Virus record (IMG/VR): IMGVR_UViG_3300042905_004067
Source: a virus
Length of the DNA stretch: 64,000 nt
Strand: one strand, 5' to 3'
The notes under the pieces were generated by a model. The model searched no databases and was not told the DNA's origin. It saw only the letters and a program-made list of their open reading frames with translations. This document shows positions 47,658-56,957 of this stretch, piece by piece. Position numbers and translations under genes: made by a program. Each line of letters begins with the position of its first letter. Position 1 is the stretch's first letter.

Positions 47658-48494
47658 TTAATGAATACCCATTCCCCAATCATTCAAGTTTGGAATGTTA
47701 TATCTTTTAACATTTTCTTTTATAGATTTATACTTAAAACTTTCTTCAATGTTATGATTTTCATAAACATTATATGGAACTTTCAATAAAAAATCAAACA
47801 ATTTAATGTCCCAATTAAAATTATTTACAGAAGAATCGTATTCTTTTGCCTGTGTGGTTTTAACACCAAACTTAAGTTGAGCAACATAATCAGTGACTTT
47901 CCAATAATACTGTTTAACTGCAACTGTTTTTTTATCCAGCCATTGTATGTGTGCAACAAATAACATTGGATGATTTATCTTAATCGCTCTGCCAGGATGT
48001 GGAAGATGCTCAGAATGTCGTTGTGCATCTTTAAATGTGGCTCTAGAAGAGTAAGAACCAATTCTATCTGCTATATGATCTCTCCATTTTCCATCTACTC
48101 GTATTTTATTGTAATCTGTATATTGTATCCAATCCATATAAATTAAAGTATCTTTATATGTTTCTAAAATTTGTTCTAATTGCTCTTTAGTCAAATTACC
48201 ATCTAGATATTCATCTGTATCCAAACAAATAATTTTACCAGAATATTTAAATGCTTCATCATATAGCAATTGCCTATTATTAGATTCAATGGCACATTTA
48301 TTTTCTATATGTGTATCTGTTCGTAATATATTCAAAATATTGTATTTATCTTTGTTTTCTAACAAATATTCATATGTGCCATCAGTTGAACTGTCATCCA
48401 TGAAAATAAAAGCATCGGCATATTTTTTCCAATGAGGAAGCATTTCCTTTAAGATAAACAATTCATTTTTCGTAAGTGTAATTTGTATTATCAT
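47658..48494 (-). CDS. GT2 glycosyltransferase
   Basis: KNE, DDSSTDGT, CLDTDE. Confidence 0.8.
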   Translation of the reverse strand: MIIQITLTKNELFILKEMLPHWKKYADAFIFMDDSSTDGTYEYLLENKDKYNILNILRTDTHIENKCAIESNNRQLLYDEAFKYSGKIICLDTDEYLDGNLTKEQLEQILETYKDTLIYMDWIQYTDYNKIRVDGKWRDHIADRIGSYSSRATFKDAQRHSEHLPHPGRAIKINHPMLFVAHIQWLDKKTVAVKQYYWKVTDYVAQLKFGVKTTQAKEYDSSVNNFNWDIKLFDFLLKVPYNVYENHNIEESFKYKSIKENVKRYNIPNLNDWGMGIH

Positions 48495-49195
48495 TTTTGT
48501 GTTATTATTGGAAATCCAGAAGACTTTCGATTCATATACATCTGTTTATCATAATTAGAACCAATTTGCATATTTCTTGCCATTAGACTATCTTGATTTT
48601 CAAACCATTTATGAATAATTGGTCTTCGTTTTATGTGTTTCAGAACTCCTAATGATTCAAAAACTTCTGTCTGTTCATTGTCACACCATTCAGATTTGTA
48701 ATCAGGATGATACACATATCCAAATAAATTGTACAGTGTTCTTCCAATAATAGGAAGAGTAATTAAAGTTTTATATCCTTCTGGACCTTTATGATCAAGC
48801 CGAGGATCTGTATCATAGTTTAAACTACCCTTTAAATCGGGAAAGAAAGAAAACATATCATTAACTATGATATCGTCCCAATTATTTTCAACTGGTTCCA
48901 TATCATCTGCCGTAGAAATTAAAATATCCCAAGAACTATCGGGAATATCTCTATTTATTGCATGTATTTTTCCTCTACTTTCCCCATAAAAGAAACTAAT
49001 AGTTACATTATCTGTATTTTTAGATTCTAGGAATTGACGAATATGTTCATTGTTCAATAGAACATCATCTGTGTCCATGCTAATGATTACTGTTATTTTA
49101 TGTTTACCAGAAGCCTTATTTAAATAAGAATTCAAATTTGACATAAATTTTTCAGGTCGTTGTCTTGTCGGATATTTTAATAAAATGTGTTTCAT
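48491..49195 (-). CDS. GT-A fold glycosyltransferase
   Basis: KYPTRQRP, KIHAIN, TADDM, YKSEWCDNE, IIHKW. Confidence 0.7.
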   Translation of the reverse strand: MKHILLKYPTRQRPEKFMSNLNSYLNKASGKHKITVIISMDTDDVLLNNEHIRQFLESKNTDNVTISFFYGESRGKIHAINRDIPDSSWDILISTADDMEPVENNWDDIIVNDMFSFFPDLKGSLNYDTDPRLDHKGPEGYKTLITLPIIGRTLYNLFGYVYHPDYKSEWCDNEQTEVFESLGVLKHIKRRPIIHKWFENQDSLMARNMQIGSNYDKQMYMNRKSSGFPIITQK

Positions 49196-49205
49196 AGTAA
49201 AAATC

Positions 49206-49331
49206 TCATAGTACAAAAATCATATTTTCCCATCTATTTTCTATTAATCTATAACCTAATTTTGTAAATTTCTCAAATAATGCAGTATGCATATTATCAT
49301 TCTCTACGCAAATTATATATTTTTTTGTCAT
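49206..49331 (-). pseudogene. 41-codon ORF resembling the C-terminus of an FkbM-family methyltransferase (remnant)
   Basis: Translates to MTKKYIICVENDNMHTALFEKFTKLGYRLIENRWENMIFVL; the IICVE...LGY...N.IF pattern matches FkbM C-termini, and the SAM-binding part is absent. Confidence 0.45.
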
Positions 49332-49334
49332 ATA

Positions 49335-50048
49335 TTATCTCATTTCGTGGGTATCGACCAGATTACGATCAGGTAAATAACCATCTAATTCATAAACATC
49401 TTTCTCATTGTTTACAATTATTTGTTGACCAACAAAATAAACACCGCCATTATTAACTCCACGGTGTGTTCCGGGTGGAAATGGTTTTTTAGAAAAAAAT
49501 GGATCGTGTTCAATATAACTGAATTTATTATTTTTTATTTTGTGAGTTAAATATGCAGACATAAAATTCTGATCTTGTGTTTTTTCTAAAGACGGATTAT
49601 AGCGTTTAATGGCATTAAACATTTCACCTTTAAATTTATCACACTTAAGTCCAAACATTCCTGCTTGTATAAACCAAGCATGATATGGATGATCTCGCAT
49701 TATATGAATATCTGCATCTGATTTAATCCATTCATCTACTGCTAGTTTTTCTCTAAAAGACACTCTAGAGTCGGCATCTCTAAAAATTGCGCGTTCAACA
49801 TCCACAAAATCAACAGCCAAAAATCTATTCATTGCCGATCTATTATCACCAATAGATTCTATCTGTATTACATTTGTATTTTTTCTAGTTTTAAGTTCTT
49901 TGATTATTTCTTCGGGAACACAGGAATTGCAGAAATAATAACAAACCCATCCCGGATAAACATCTAATGCTAAATCTGCATTATTTATTGCTCCTCTCGT
50001 ATAGAGAGGATTATTGCCCCATAAACTAAAAGAAATCACATTTTTCAT
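49335..50048 (-). CDS. Putative glycosyltransferase (GT-A-like)
   Basis: ISFSLWG...Y..GAI.N, RFLA, RDADSR...RE..AV.EW, MRDHP.H, AGMFG, DQ.F. Confidence 0.65.
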   Translation of the reverse strand: MKNVISFSLWGNNPLYTRGAINNADLALDVYPGWVCYYFCNSCVPEEIIKELKTRKNTNVIQIESIGDNRSAMNRFLAVDFVDVERAIFRDADSRVSFREKLAVDEWIKSDADIHIMRDHPYHAWFIQAGMFGLKCDKFKGEMFNAIKRYNPSLEKTQDQNFMSAYLTHKIKNNKFSYIEHDPFFSKKPFPPGTHRGVNNGGVYFVGQQIIVNNEKDVYELDGYLPDRNLVDTHEMR

Positions 50049-50051
50049 TTT

Positions 50052-50654
50052 TTATTTTTTCATAAATTGTATCGATTCAGATGTTCTATCATCATATCGA
50101 TACAAATGTAGTATCTTATTTATGTGTGTTTCTGATTTTACTTTGGGATACATCAAAAGACACCAAGCAAAATCTTCACCATATGAAGATGCTTCAAGTT
50201 TTGCTTGTTTTGCTATTTCTGATTTCCAGAAACACATATGAAATGGTGGGCGTTTTACATGAGTCATTCCCGGAATATATCTCTCATTCGGATTGTTCAT
50301 GTTAAAATTAACTATAAATTGATTTCCATTTACTATGCAGTGCTGATCAAAACTTATAACATCGGCTGGTTTTTCTTTTATAGTATTAATAATAGTTGAC
50401 ATATAATCATCAGTAATATCATCGTCATCATCCATGAAAGCAATCCATTTACCTCTAGCAGAGTCTAAGAGTGCTTGCCGTTTTTCGCCAATAGTCATAC
50501 TTTTATTATCAATCAGGCAAAGAATTTCAACCTCTGGATAGTTTTTTGTTTGCTCTAACATTTTATTGTATAGGGGTATTAGATATTTTTCAATTCTAGA
50601 TGGTATTGAAAGTATAAGTATACTGACTAAAACGCTGTCTTTATCAGTTGGCAT
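50052..50654 (-). CDS. GT2 glycosyltransferase
   Basis: SILILSIPSR, IGEKR..L...ARGKWIAFMDDDD, GEDFAW. Confidence 0.82.
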   Translation of the reverse strand: MPTDKDSVLVSILILSIPSRIEKYLIPLYNKMLEQTKNYPEVEILCLIDNKSMTIGEKRQALLDSARGKWIAFMDDDDDITDDYMSTIINTIKEKPADVISFDQHCIVNGNQFIVNFNMNNPNERYIPGMTHVKRPPFHMCFWKSEIAKQAKLEASSYGEDFAWCLLMYPKVKSETHINKILHLYRYDDRTSESIQFMKK

Positions 50655-51501
50655 ATTTTATTTCTCCTGCTGCTTTAATAATTCTGTCTACAAAATTCAC
50701 ACAATATTGTTTTGCTTTTTCAAAGTTATAATTAATCTTATCAATATTTTCTTTGTAATATTTTTCTGTATATTCTGTTGTGAGAATTCGTTGAGGATTA
50801 ATCCAATAACTCGTATCAAAAAAATCTGAAATATTTGGACATCCCCAATAAATTGGGATTGTTTTAGTTATTAAACAATCAATTAATTTTTCAGAAAAGT
50901 AATTTAGTTCGTTTGAACTTTCAATTACAACAGAATACATTGAATTAAACAGATGAATTTTGTCATCATTTGGTAATAGTGATTCGCCTGGTATGGGAAA
51001 CCGTGTAGATGAATAAAAATTTAATTTGGCTGGTATGTGTTTTCGGTTATTCCAAATTGTGTGTCTTATTCCGTATCCCAATTTTCCAGATAAAGCCCCA
51101 CATATCATACTAATAGAATTTTCTTTTTGTATTTTTCCAAGATCTTCTGTAAATGTCCCATGTGAATCTGGATGGTGTTTGGATTTGTTAAGCCATGTTG
51201 TACCATATGGAACTAACACTGCATTTTTGCAATTATCTAATATCTTTGGATGTGTTGTTGCAATTTTTGTATAGTGATGTTGATTTGCAATTACATGATC
51301 TGCCTGTTCCACCCAAGCAGAAGTAGTTGGTTCATTACAATTTACAAAAATTTTATGTTTTGAGTCTGAAAAAAAATGAACATCCCCACCGGGTCTTTGA
51401 TTTTTACCAAATCTAGTAAAATGTATTTCGCATGACTCTTTTAGATCAGGTATCTGATCTTCAGAAAACATATAGTCTGCATTAAGAATAATTGGTTTCA
51501 T
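50644..51501 (-). CDS. GT10 (alpha-1,3-fucosyltransferase-like) glycosyltransferase
   Basis: YSVVIES...NYFSEKLIDCLITKTIPIYWG. Confidence 0.8.
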   Translation of the reverse strand: MKPIILNADYMFSEDQIPDLKESCEIHFTRFGKNQRPGGDVHFFSDSKHKIFVNCNEPTTSAWVEQADHVIANQHHYTKIATTHPKILDNCKNAVLVPYGTTWLNKSKHHPDSHGTFTEDLGKIQKENSISMICGALSGKLGYGIRHTIWNNRKHIPAKLNFYSSTRFPIPGESLLPNDDKIHLFNSMYSVVIESSNELNYFSEKLIDCLITKTIPIYWGCPNISDFFDTSYWINPQRILTTEYTEKYYKENIDKINYNFEKAKQYCVNFVDRIIKAAGEIKYAN

Positions 51502-52342
51502 TTATTTTATTCCAAAGATAATCATCACTTGATTGTAATTTTTTTATTTTGTCAAAGTTTTCTTCAACGGCATCTAGTTTAGAATAATAAAGTTCTGGTG
51601 TCAATGATTTAATATCAAAAGTTTCATTTAATAAAATTATTCCATTAATGTTAAACAACTCACCAATAGCAGGATTCCCAAGATAAACTGGAATAGTTCC
51701 TGTGGCAAAACAGTCTGTCAGTTTTTCCGTATAATAACCATCATAGAAATCATTCTCCACTACTATATGAAACATATAATCCTTCAACCCAAACATTTTG
51801 CTTTTCCATGGCTGAGTTGGATCTGTTTCAGGAAGTTTAGGAGAACCACAGGCACCACCAAACAAATCTAAATTATCTTTAAATCTATTTGCATATCCAT
51901 GACGAATCATGTGTCCTTTTGTGTATTGTTTATGAGATGCAACCATACTAACTAACTTTATTTTGTCGTATATTGCATATTCCGACTCAGGAATCCACGG
52001 CAAATTACTTCCTGCCGGACAATATTTAAATACTTTAGAAAAAGATACTAAATTTTTATCTGATACAAAAATTGTTTTGAATCGTTTTTCTAGTTTATCA
52101 TAGTTCCAAGATAAAAACTGAGAAAGATTATTTACTACGGATCTGGACTCGCACACCCATCCATATATTTCAGTTATTCCGGGTGGAAGTTGCTCATACT
52201 GCATAATTGTATTATCAATTAATACAAGTTTATCTATATTAGAATACTTAGGTAAAGACCATTCAAAGTTTTTAGGTTTTCTATTTGAACACGATGAACT
52301 ATTCACATCAAAAGGAAATCCATAACCAAAAAGTTTATTCAT
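51482..52342 (-). CDS. GT10 (alpha-1,3-fucosyltransferase-like) glycosyltransferase
   Basis: YMFHIVVEND...YYTEKLTDCFATGTIPVYLG. Confidence 0.82.
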   Translation of the reverse strand: MNKLFGYGFPFDVNSSSCSNRKPKNFEWSLPKYSNIDKLVLIDNTIMQYEQLPPGITEIYGWVCESRSVVNNLSQFLSWNYDKLEKRFKTIFVSDKNLVSFSKVFKYCPAGSNLPWIPESEYAIYDKIKLVSMVASHKQYTKGHMIRHGYANRFKDNLDLFGGACGSPKLPETDPTQPWKSKMFGLKDYMFHIVVENDFYDGYYTEKLTDCFATGTIPVYLGNPAIGELFNINGIILLNETFDIKSLTPELYYSKLDAVEENFDKIKKLQSSDDYLWNKINETNYS

Positions 52343-53004
52343 GTTTTAACTTCCATAAATGAATTGCCTGGTGATTGCCATTCAACCAATTCGTCGTTAT
52401 AACCCATTTTTTTAAGTGCTTCCTTCTTAGAAGGTGCGTCGGAAAGACCCATCATCAATACTGTAGAAGCAGTTGCTTTGCCAGGCCAAGCACAATATTC
52501 TTCTCCTAATATTGCAACTTTTTTCTTTTGTTCAATTAAATACTTATGAGCACAACCAATAAACGTTTCGTGGTCAAACAAATTTCCTTTTGTTCTTTTA
52601 ACAAATTCACACTGATTTATCCATGTTTTAACAAACTCCAAACTTTCATTATTAAAATTAAACCACAGTGGAGATGCTTTAATCTTTACTAAATTATTTG
52701 GTTCGGTCGAAGCAGCACCAAGACTTACTCCAAGATTGGCAAACCCATCAAATGCATTTGGTTGTTTTAATATAAATGTATCAATATCCAACCAAAGGAT
52801 TGGTCTTTTATGTTCCGTGAGTTTTGAGTATATAAATTTTGGTTTTACTAAACAATTATCTTGATAACTGCCTAAAGATTGTATTTGAGTAATTTCAGCA
52901 GGAATTTGTAATCGTTCGCACTCCTCACGAAAACGTGCGGCATGATCGCTATAATAGGTGCTACCATCTACATCACAAAAATAACTTATCACAAGTGTTT
53001 GCAT
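52339..53004 (-). CDS. Nucleotide-diphospho-sugar transferase (GT-A)
   Basis: KPKFI...LWLDID (DxD), ASPLWF, DHE. Confidence 0.65.
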   Translation of the reverse strand: MQTLVISYFCDVDGSTYYSDHAARFREECERLQIPAEITQIQSLGSYQDNCLVKPKFIYSKLTEHKRPILWLDIDTFILKQPNAFDGFANLGVSLGAASTEPNNLVKIKASPLWFNFNNESLEFVKTWINQCEFVKRTKGNLFDHETFIGCAHKYLIEQKKKVAILGEEYCAWPGKATASTVLMMGLSDAPSKKEALKKMGYNDELVEWQSPGNSFMEVKT

Positions 53005-53005
53005 A

Positions 53006-53407
53006 TTATTTACCTATATGATATTTAGGAATAAGGTCCCATTCTTTCTTTTCTTTGAAAGGAATAATTTTTAGTTGTGCGATACTCAATTGATTTTCTT
53101 TGTACTTATCGTCTAGTGGTGTTAGAAGTTCCCATTCAGTTAATAGTTTAACAATTGTATTTCTTCTTGCGATATCACTTTCGCTTGTGTCAGTTTCTAA
53201 ACCATCTAGTGCCAAAAGTTCTTTAAAGTGAAGAATTGCATATCTTCCTCGTTTATGAAGTATATGACAACTTTGATACAATTTTTTTTCTTTACGGGAT
53301 GAAACACCAATTCGGGTAAGGGTTTCTTTTACTTTGAGAAAATCGTCTTCATGCTTAAGTCGAATTTCCACTCCGTACCCTTCAAATATATCTTCCGTGT
53401 TTTTCAT
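53006..53407 (-). CDS. regA: Translational repressor RegA
   Basis: DDFLKVKETLTRIGVSSRKEKKLYQSCHILHKRGRYAILHFKEL...RRNTI...KYHIG. Confidence 0.95.
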   Translation of the reverse strand: MKNTEDIFEGYGVEIRLKHEDDFLKVKETLTRIGVSSRKEKKLYQSCHILHKRGRYAILHFKELLALDGLETDTSESDIARRNTIVKLLTEWELLTPLDDKYKENQLSIAQLKIIPFKEKKEWDLIPKYHIGK

Positions 53408-53462
53408 ACTAAACCATTTCTATTAATATTATATGCCATATCATTGATGGCACAGATATTTA

Positions 53463-53876
53463 TTATTTGGCTAGTTTTGACGAGTCTTTGGAAGATCCCC
53501 CCTTGTATGTTTCTTCTTTTAGTTTCTTTATATCCTCTTCTGTTAACAAAGATAATACTTCTTTTGCCCGTTTATATGAATAACCATAAACTTCCTTTAA
53601 AATATCCATGAGTTCATATGTTTCATATTCATCTTTTAGCCATTTACTGTATCGCTTTCTTTGCCTTACGGATAAACGTAGATAGTCAAAATGCATTTTT
53701 TTATTTACAGATGGAAACATATTCATCTGGTTTGATTGCATTATTGTATCTGGAAAGTAGGATAAAGAATGGTTTACAATATATGGTGCATAATCTTTTT
53801 CATTTGGATTGTTTTCACCATCTAAAATAGACTCTTTTGAGTAGTTAATTGCTGTTAAAAAGTCTCCAAGTTTCAT
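53463..53876 (-). CDS. gp62: Clamp loader small subunit (gp62)
   Basis: Y.PYIVNHSLSYFPDT...N.MN, RKRYSKWLK, YGYS; syntenic gp45-gp44-gp62-regA. Confidence 0.9.
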   Translation of the reverse strand: MKLGDFLTAINYSKESILDGENNPNEKDYAPYIVNHSLSYFPDTIMQSNQMNMFPSVNKKMHFDYLRLSVRQRKRYSKWLKDEYETYELMDILKEVYGYSYKRAKEVLSLLTEEDIKKLKEETYKGGSSKDSSKLAK

Positions 53877-54811
53877 TTAAATTCACACCCCATCATAAGT
53901 TCAACGAGACAAGCAACAAGATTAATTTCTTGATCTGCAACAAAAGCCGATTTATATTGATACTCTGCTAGAGTAAGAATAGCAGTAGGAATAGAACCGC
54001 TCTTTAGATGCTCATATAACCCATCGTAGAGTTTTCTAAAGACATACTGAGGATCATTGTCGATATTAGAAACTACCCATTGGCGAACCGATGCAAATTC
54101 TTTGTTTTGCATGTGCTTCATAAGTTCTTTAATTTTGAGTTCTCCGACTTCACTCAAAATGCCAATATCAATAGTTCCTGCTGAAGAATACCGTTGCAGT
54201 TCGTTTAGTGTCCTACGAAAATCAGGAAAATGTTTTATGATTAATTGAGATAGTACTTTCTTATCATAAGTAATCTTTTCTTGATCCAAAACATATTCAC
54301 ACCGCTTTAAAAATTGTTTTGCTAGTTCTGGTTTTTCTTTTACAGGAATACTAAAATCAATGCAAGTACAACGGGAGTGAATAGGCTCAATAATTCGATT
54401 TTTGTAATTACAAGTAAGAATAAATCGGCAATTCTTTGCAAATTCTTCAATAGCACCGCGCAAAGCCGGTTGAATTGATTGTGCATTTGAGTAATCAAAC
54501 TCATCAAGAATTACAATTTTTCGAGTATCGGACAGGGAAATAGTAGAAGCAAATTGACGAATCTTAGTTCTAAGCGTGTCAATATTACCGTCCTCTGAGC
54601 AATTGATTATAATCCAATCTGCACCAAGTTCATTACAGAGTGCTCTAGCAACGCTTGTTTTACCAGTTCCTGCTTTTCCAGATAGTAAAAGATTTGGACA
54701 CTCTCCTGCCTCAACGATATCAGTAAATGTTTTCTTCAGAGAGTCTGGAAGAATACACTCATTAATTGTTTTTGGTCGATATTTTTCAACAAATAGATTA
54801 ATTTCATTCAT
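53873..54811 (-). CDS. gp44: Clamp loader large subunit (gp44)
   Basis: VEKYRP, GKAGTGKT, ILDEFD, SRC, DFRR, DQEIN. Confidence 0.95.
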   Translation of the reverse strand: MNEINLFVEKYRPKTINECILPDSLKKTFTDIVEAGECPNLLLSGKAGTGKTSVARALCNELGADWIIINCSEDGNIDTLRTKIRQFASTISLSDTRKIVILDEFDYSNAQSIQPALRGAIEEFAKNCRFILTCNYKNRIIEPIHSRCTCIDFSIPVKEKPELAKQFLKRCEYVLDQEKITYDKKVLSQLIIKHFPDFRRTLNELQRYSSAGTIDIGILSEVGELKIKELMKHMQNKEFASVRQWVVSNIDNDPQYVFRKLYDGLYEHLKSGSIPTAILTLAEYQYKSAFVADQEINLVACLVELMMGCEFK

Positions 54812-54824
54812 ATTATACTCCAAT

Positions 54825-54857
54825 AAAAAAGACGACTGGAAACCCAATCGTCTTTTT
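54825..54857 (-). terminator. Intrinsic terminator/hairpin between gp45 and gp44
   Basis: - strand AAAAAGACGATTGG-GTTT-CCAGTCGTCTTTTTT; A/T tails on both sides. Confidence 0.75.
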
Positions 54858-54876
54858 AAAACTCAAGGTTTCTCAC

Positions 54877-55566
54877 TCACTTATTGTAGTGACTTGTCGA
54901 TTCAAGTGCAACCCAATACTTGAGAGAAAGATCCTTATGGCTAAATTGACTAATCACAGACTTTGCAATCTTGACTTCGTATTCGCCAGGCAAGAACTTC
55001 AAGTTTTCAATTCTAAAATCAAACGAGAAAGATGAATCATCAGTCTTGTCCGCCAATTCAACAACATATTTGTTGCAAGTTGGATCGTTCTTATCACAAA
55101 CAACACCCACAATTTTATCTCCTTCAGTTGTAACAGAAAGGTGTGGAAGTTGAAGAACTGAGGAAGAACGAACGATTTCATCAAACAATGTTTCTGTCAA
55201 ATCAAATGTTACAACTGCTTCTGGCATGTTGATTGACTTCGTTGGAACTGTTAGCAATTTTGGTTCTGAATAGTAGTAAGTAACACTAGAACCATTATTG
55301 CCAGAAATAATTACGGACTTTTCACCAAACTCAAAGTCTGGATCTTTGAAGAGAGACACGGTTCCTAGAAACTTGTTCATGTCCCAAATACCAAACTCAG
55401 TATCAAACTTTTCATCTACCTTTACTTCTGCCATAACATTCTTAGCAGGAGCAACTGTGGAAATCTTAGTTCCTGGCTTTACCAGCAGATTTGAGTTAAT
55501 TGAAGTAAAATTCTTTAAAATTGTTAGTGTTTGTTTAGAAATTTTCATAGATGTAGATGTAGTCAT
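54877..55566 (-). CDS. gp45: Sliding clamp (gp45)
   Basis: MKISKQTLTILKNFTSIN, FGIWDMNKFL, ENLKFLPGEY, YWVALE. Confidence 0.93.
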   Translation of the reverse strand: MTTSTSMKISKQTLTILKNFTSINSNLLVKPGTKISTVAPAKNVMAEVKVDEKFDTEFGIWDMNKFLGTVSLFKDPDFEFGEKSVIISGNNGSSVTYYYSEPKLLTVPTKSINMPEAVVTFDLTETLFDEIVRSSSVLQLPHLSVTTEGDKIVGVVCDKNDPTCNKYVVELADKTDDSSFSFDFRIENLKFLPGEYEVKIAKSVISQFSHKDLSLKYWVALESTSHYNK

Positions 55567-55748
55567 TGGTAATCCTCGTCTTCCATTTTATCAGCAATGT
55601 CGTCAAAGTCAATATTTCCGTGCTTAATATCATCCATAATACGTCTAGTATCGTGGCGATTTCCTCGGTTCTTTTTAACGCGAGTCTTCTTTACGGTGCG
55701 TTTAAAATCACGATTATCAGGTTCTCTTCCTTTATAGTATTCTGACAT
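55563..55748 (-). CDS. Small hypothetical protein (basic N-half, acidic tail)
   Basis: 61-aa ORF abutting both neighbours, with a GAGG SD. Confidence 0.65.
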   Translation of the reverse strand: MSEYYKGREPDNRDFKRTVKKTRVKKNRGNRHDTRRIMDDIKHGNIDFDDIADKMEDEDYQ

Positions 55749-56588
55749 TTAAAAATCCTCGATATTTTCCATTAAATTTTTAAGTTTATTTTGAATCATG
55801 TATGACATAACTTTTGTTTTTGAACCATTAATTGGTTTCTCAAACTCTTTAAGGATATTGTTCTCCAAATCAACAGGGATAGAAGATAGATCAATAATAG
55901 ACTTGTTTCTGTCATAGAATGGTAACTCCTGAATACGGTTATTCACGATGTCATCCATAACTTTAGACATAACCTTTGTTGTAAGTCTCTTTTGAGATTT
56001 ATTTTCATTTACGAACGTATCATCATCCGAAAAAATATTTGGAACTCCATCAGAAGCATCGCCGCGAACGATGTGTTCCATCAAAAACATTTTTGGATTA
56101 TCACTCTTGATGTATGCTTTTTTTAGTGGACTGTATTGATATACATTTTCAAATACACCAAGTTGCATAAAATCTTTATCATTTGAAAGAATTAAAATTT
56201 TATCAGTCTTATGATAATGCTTGGTTAGAACAAAAATGATATCATCTGCTTCAGCAGTATCCATAGTTACGCTCTTATACGGAAAATTTTCCTTAATTTC
56301 AGAACGAATCTTATGGAGACTATTGTAAATAGCATCCCAATCCATGTCAGAATTTGCTTGATTCTTTTTACGATTTTGTTTGTATTGGGGAAAGATTTTC
56401 TTTCTCCAACAGTTACTAGAATCATTACAGATTACTAATTGACCATACTCAGACCTAAATTCTGAGTTATATTTGCGGTAGGTATTCAATACCATATGGC
56501 GAATATAATCTTCATTCAGTTCTGGATAATCCTTCATTGTTTGAAAAATACTTGCCAAAATTATTTGATTGTTATCAAGGAGTATAAT
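55749..56588 (-). CDS. rnh: T4-type RNase H / 5'-3' flap exonuclease; probable ATT start
   Basis: WRKKIFPQYK.NR, EADDII, SNDKDFMQL, GDASDGVPN. The conserved N-terminal ILLD motif lies upstream of TTG 56558. Confidence 0.9.
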   Translation of the reverse strand: MILLDNNQIILASIFQTMKDYPELNEDYIRHMVLNTYRKYNSEFRSEYGQLVICNDSSNCWRKKIFPQYKQNRKKNQANSDMDWDAIYNSLHKIRSEIKENFPYKSVTMDTAEADDIIFVLTKHYHKTDKILILSNDKDFMQLGVFENVYQYSPLKKAYIKSDNPKMFLMEHIVRGDASDGVPNIFSDDDTFVNENKSQKRLTTKVMSKVMDDIVNNRIQELPFYDRNKSIIDLSSIPVDLENNILKEFEKPINGSKTKVMSYMIQNKLKNLMENIEDF

Positions 56589-56606
56589 GTTGCACCTCTT
56601 TGTTTT

Positions 56607-56634
56607 ATTATAAACAAAGATAATTAAAAGTCAA
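56607..56634 (-). promoter_or_regulatory. Sigma70-like promoter upstream of rnh-gp45-gp44-gp62
   Basis: TTGACT, 16 nt, TATAAT, followed by SD AAGAGGTG. Confidence 0.65.
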
Positions 56635-56957
56635 TAAATATTTACCCATTGCTCACTATTGCCATCGGTTATGTACTTATAAAGTTTTCCTGTTGTTGTA
56701 TCAAACCATTCATCTCCAATGTTTACTTGTAATGGAATTTTTTCGCCCCAATAAAACTGAATTGGGTTTGAACCACCACTTACAAGGCTCCAGCCACCAC
56801 GTTCGCCGTGAGCCGGTGATGTTTCTGTTATGGTTCTATTTGCAATATAAGTTTTGCCTTTATAAAGAACGACATCATTTTTCTGATATGTTATAACCAT
56901 ACCATTAGAATCAGTTGCCCTATATGTGCCTTTAAGATTTAAATTATCGAATGTCAT
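56631..56957 (-). CDS. Small protein with a CBM5/12-like carbohydrate-binding motif and a virion-type C-terminal motif
   Basis: YQKNDVVLYKGKTYIA...SP....W; GDEWFDTTTGKLYKY..DG.S.QWV. Confidence 0.6.
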   Translation of the reverse strand: MTFDNLNLKGTYRATDSNGMVITYQKNDVVLYKGKTYIANRTITETSPAHGERGGWSLVSGGSNPIQFYWGEKIPLQVNIGDEWFDTTTGKLYKYITDGNSEQWVNIY

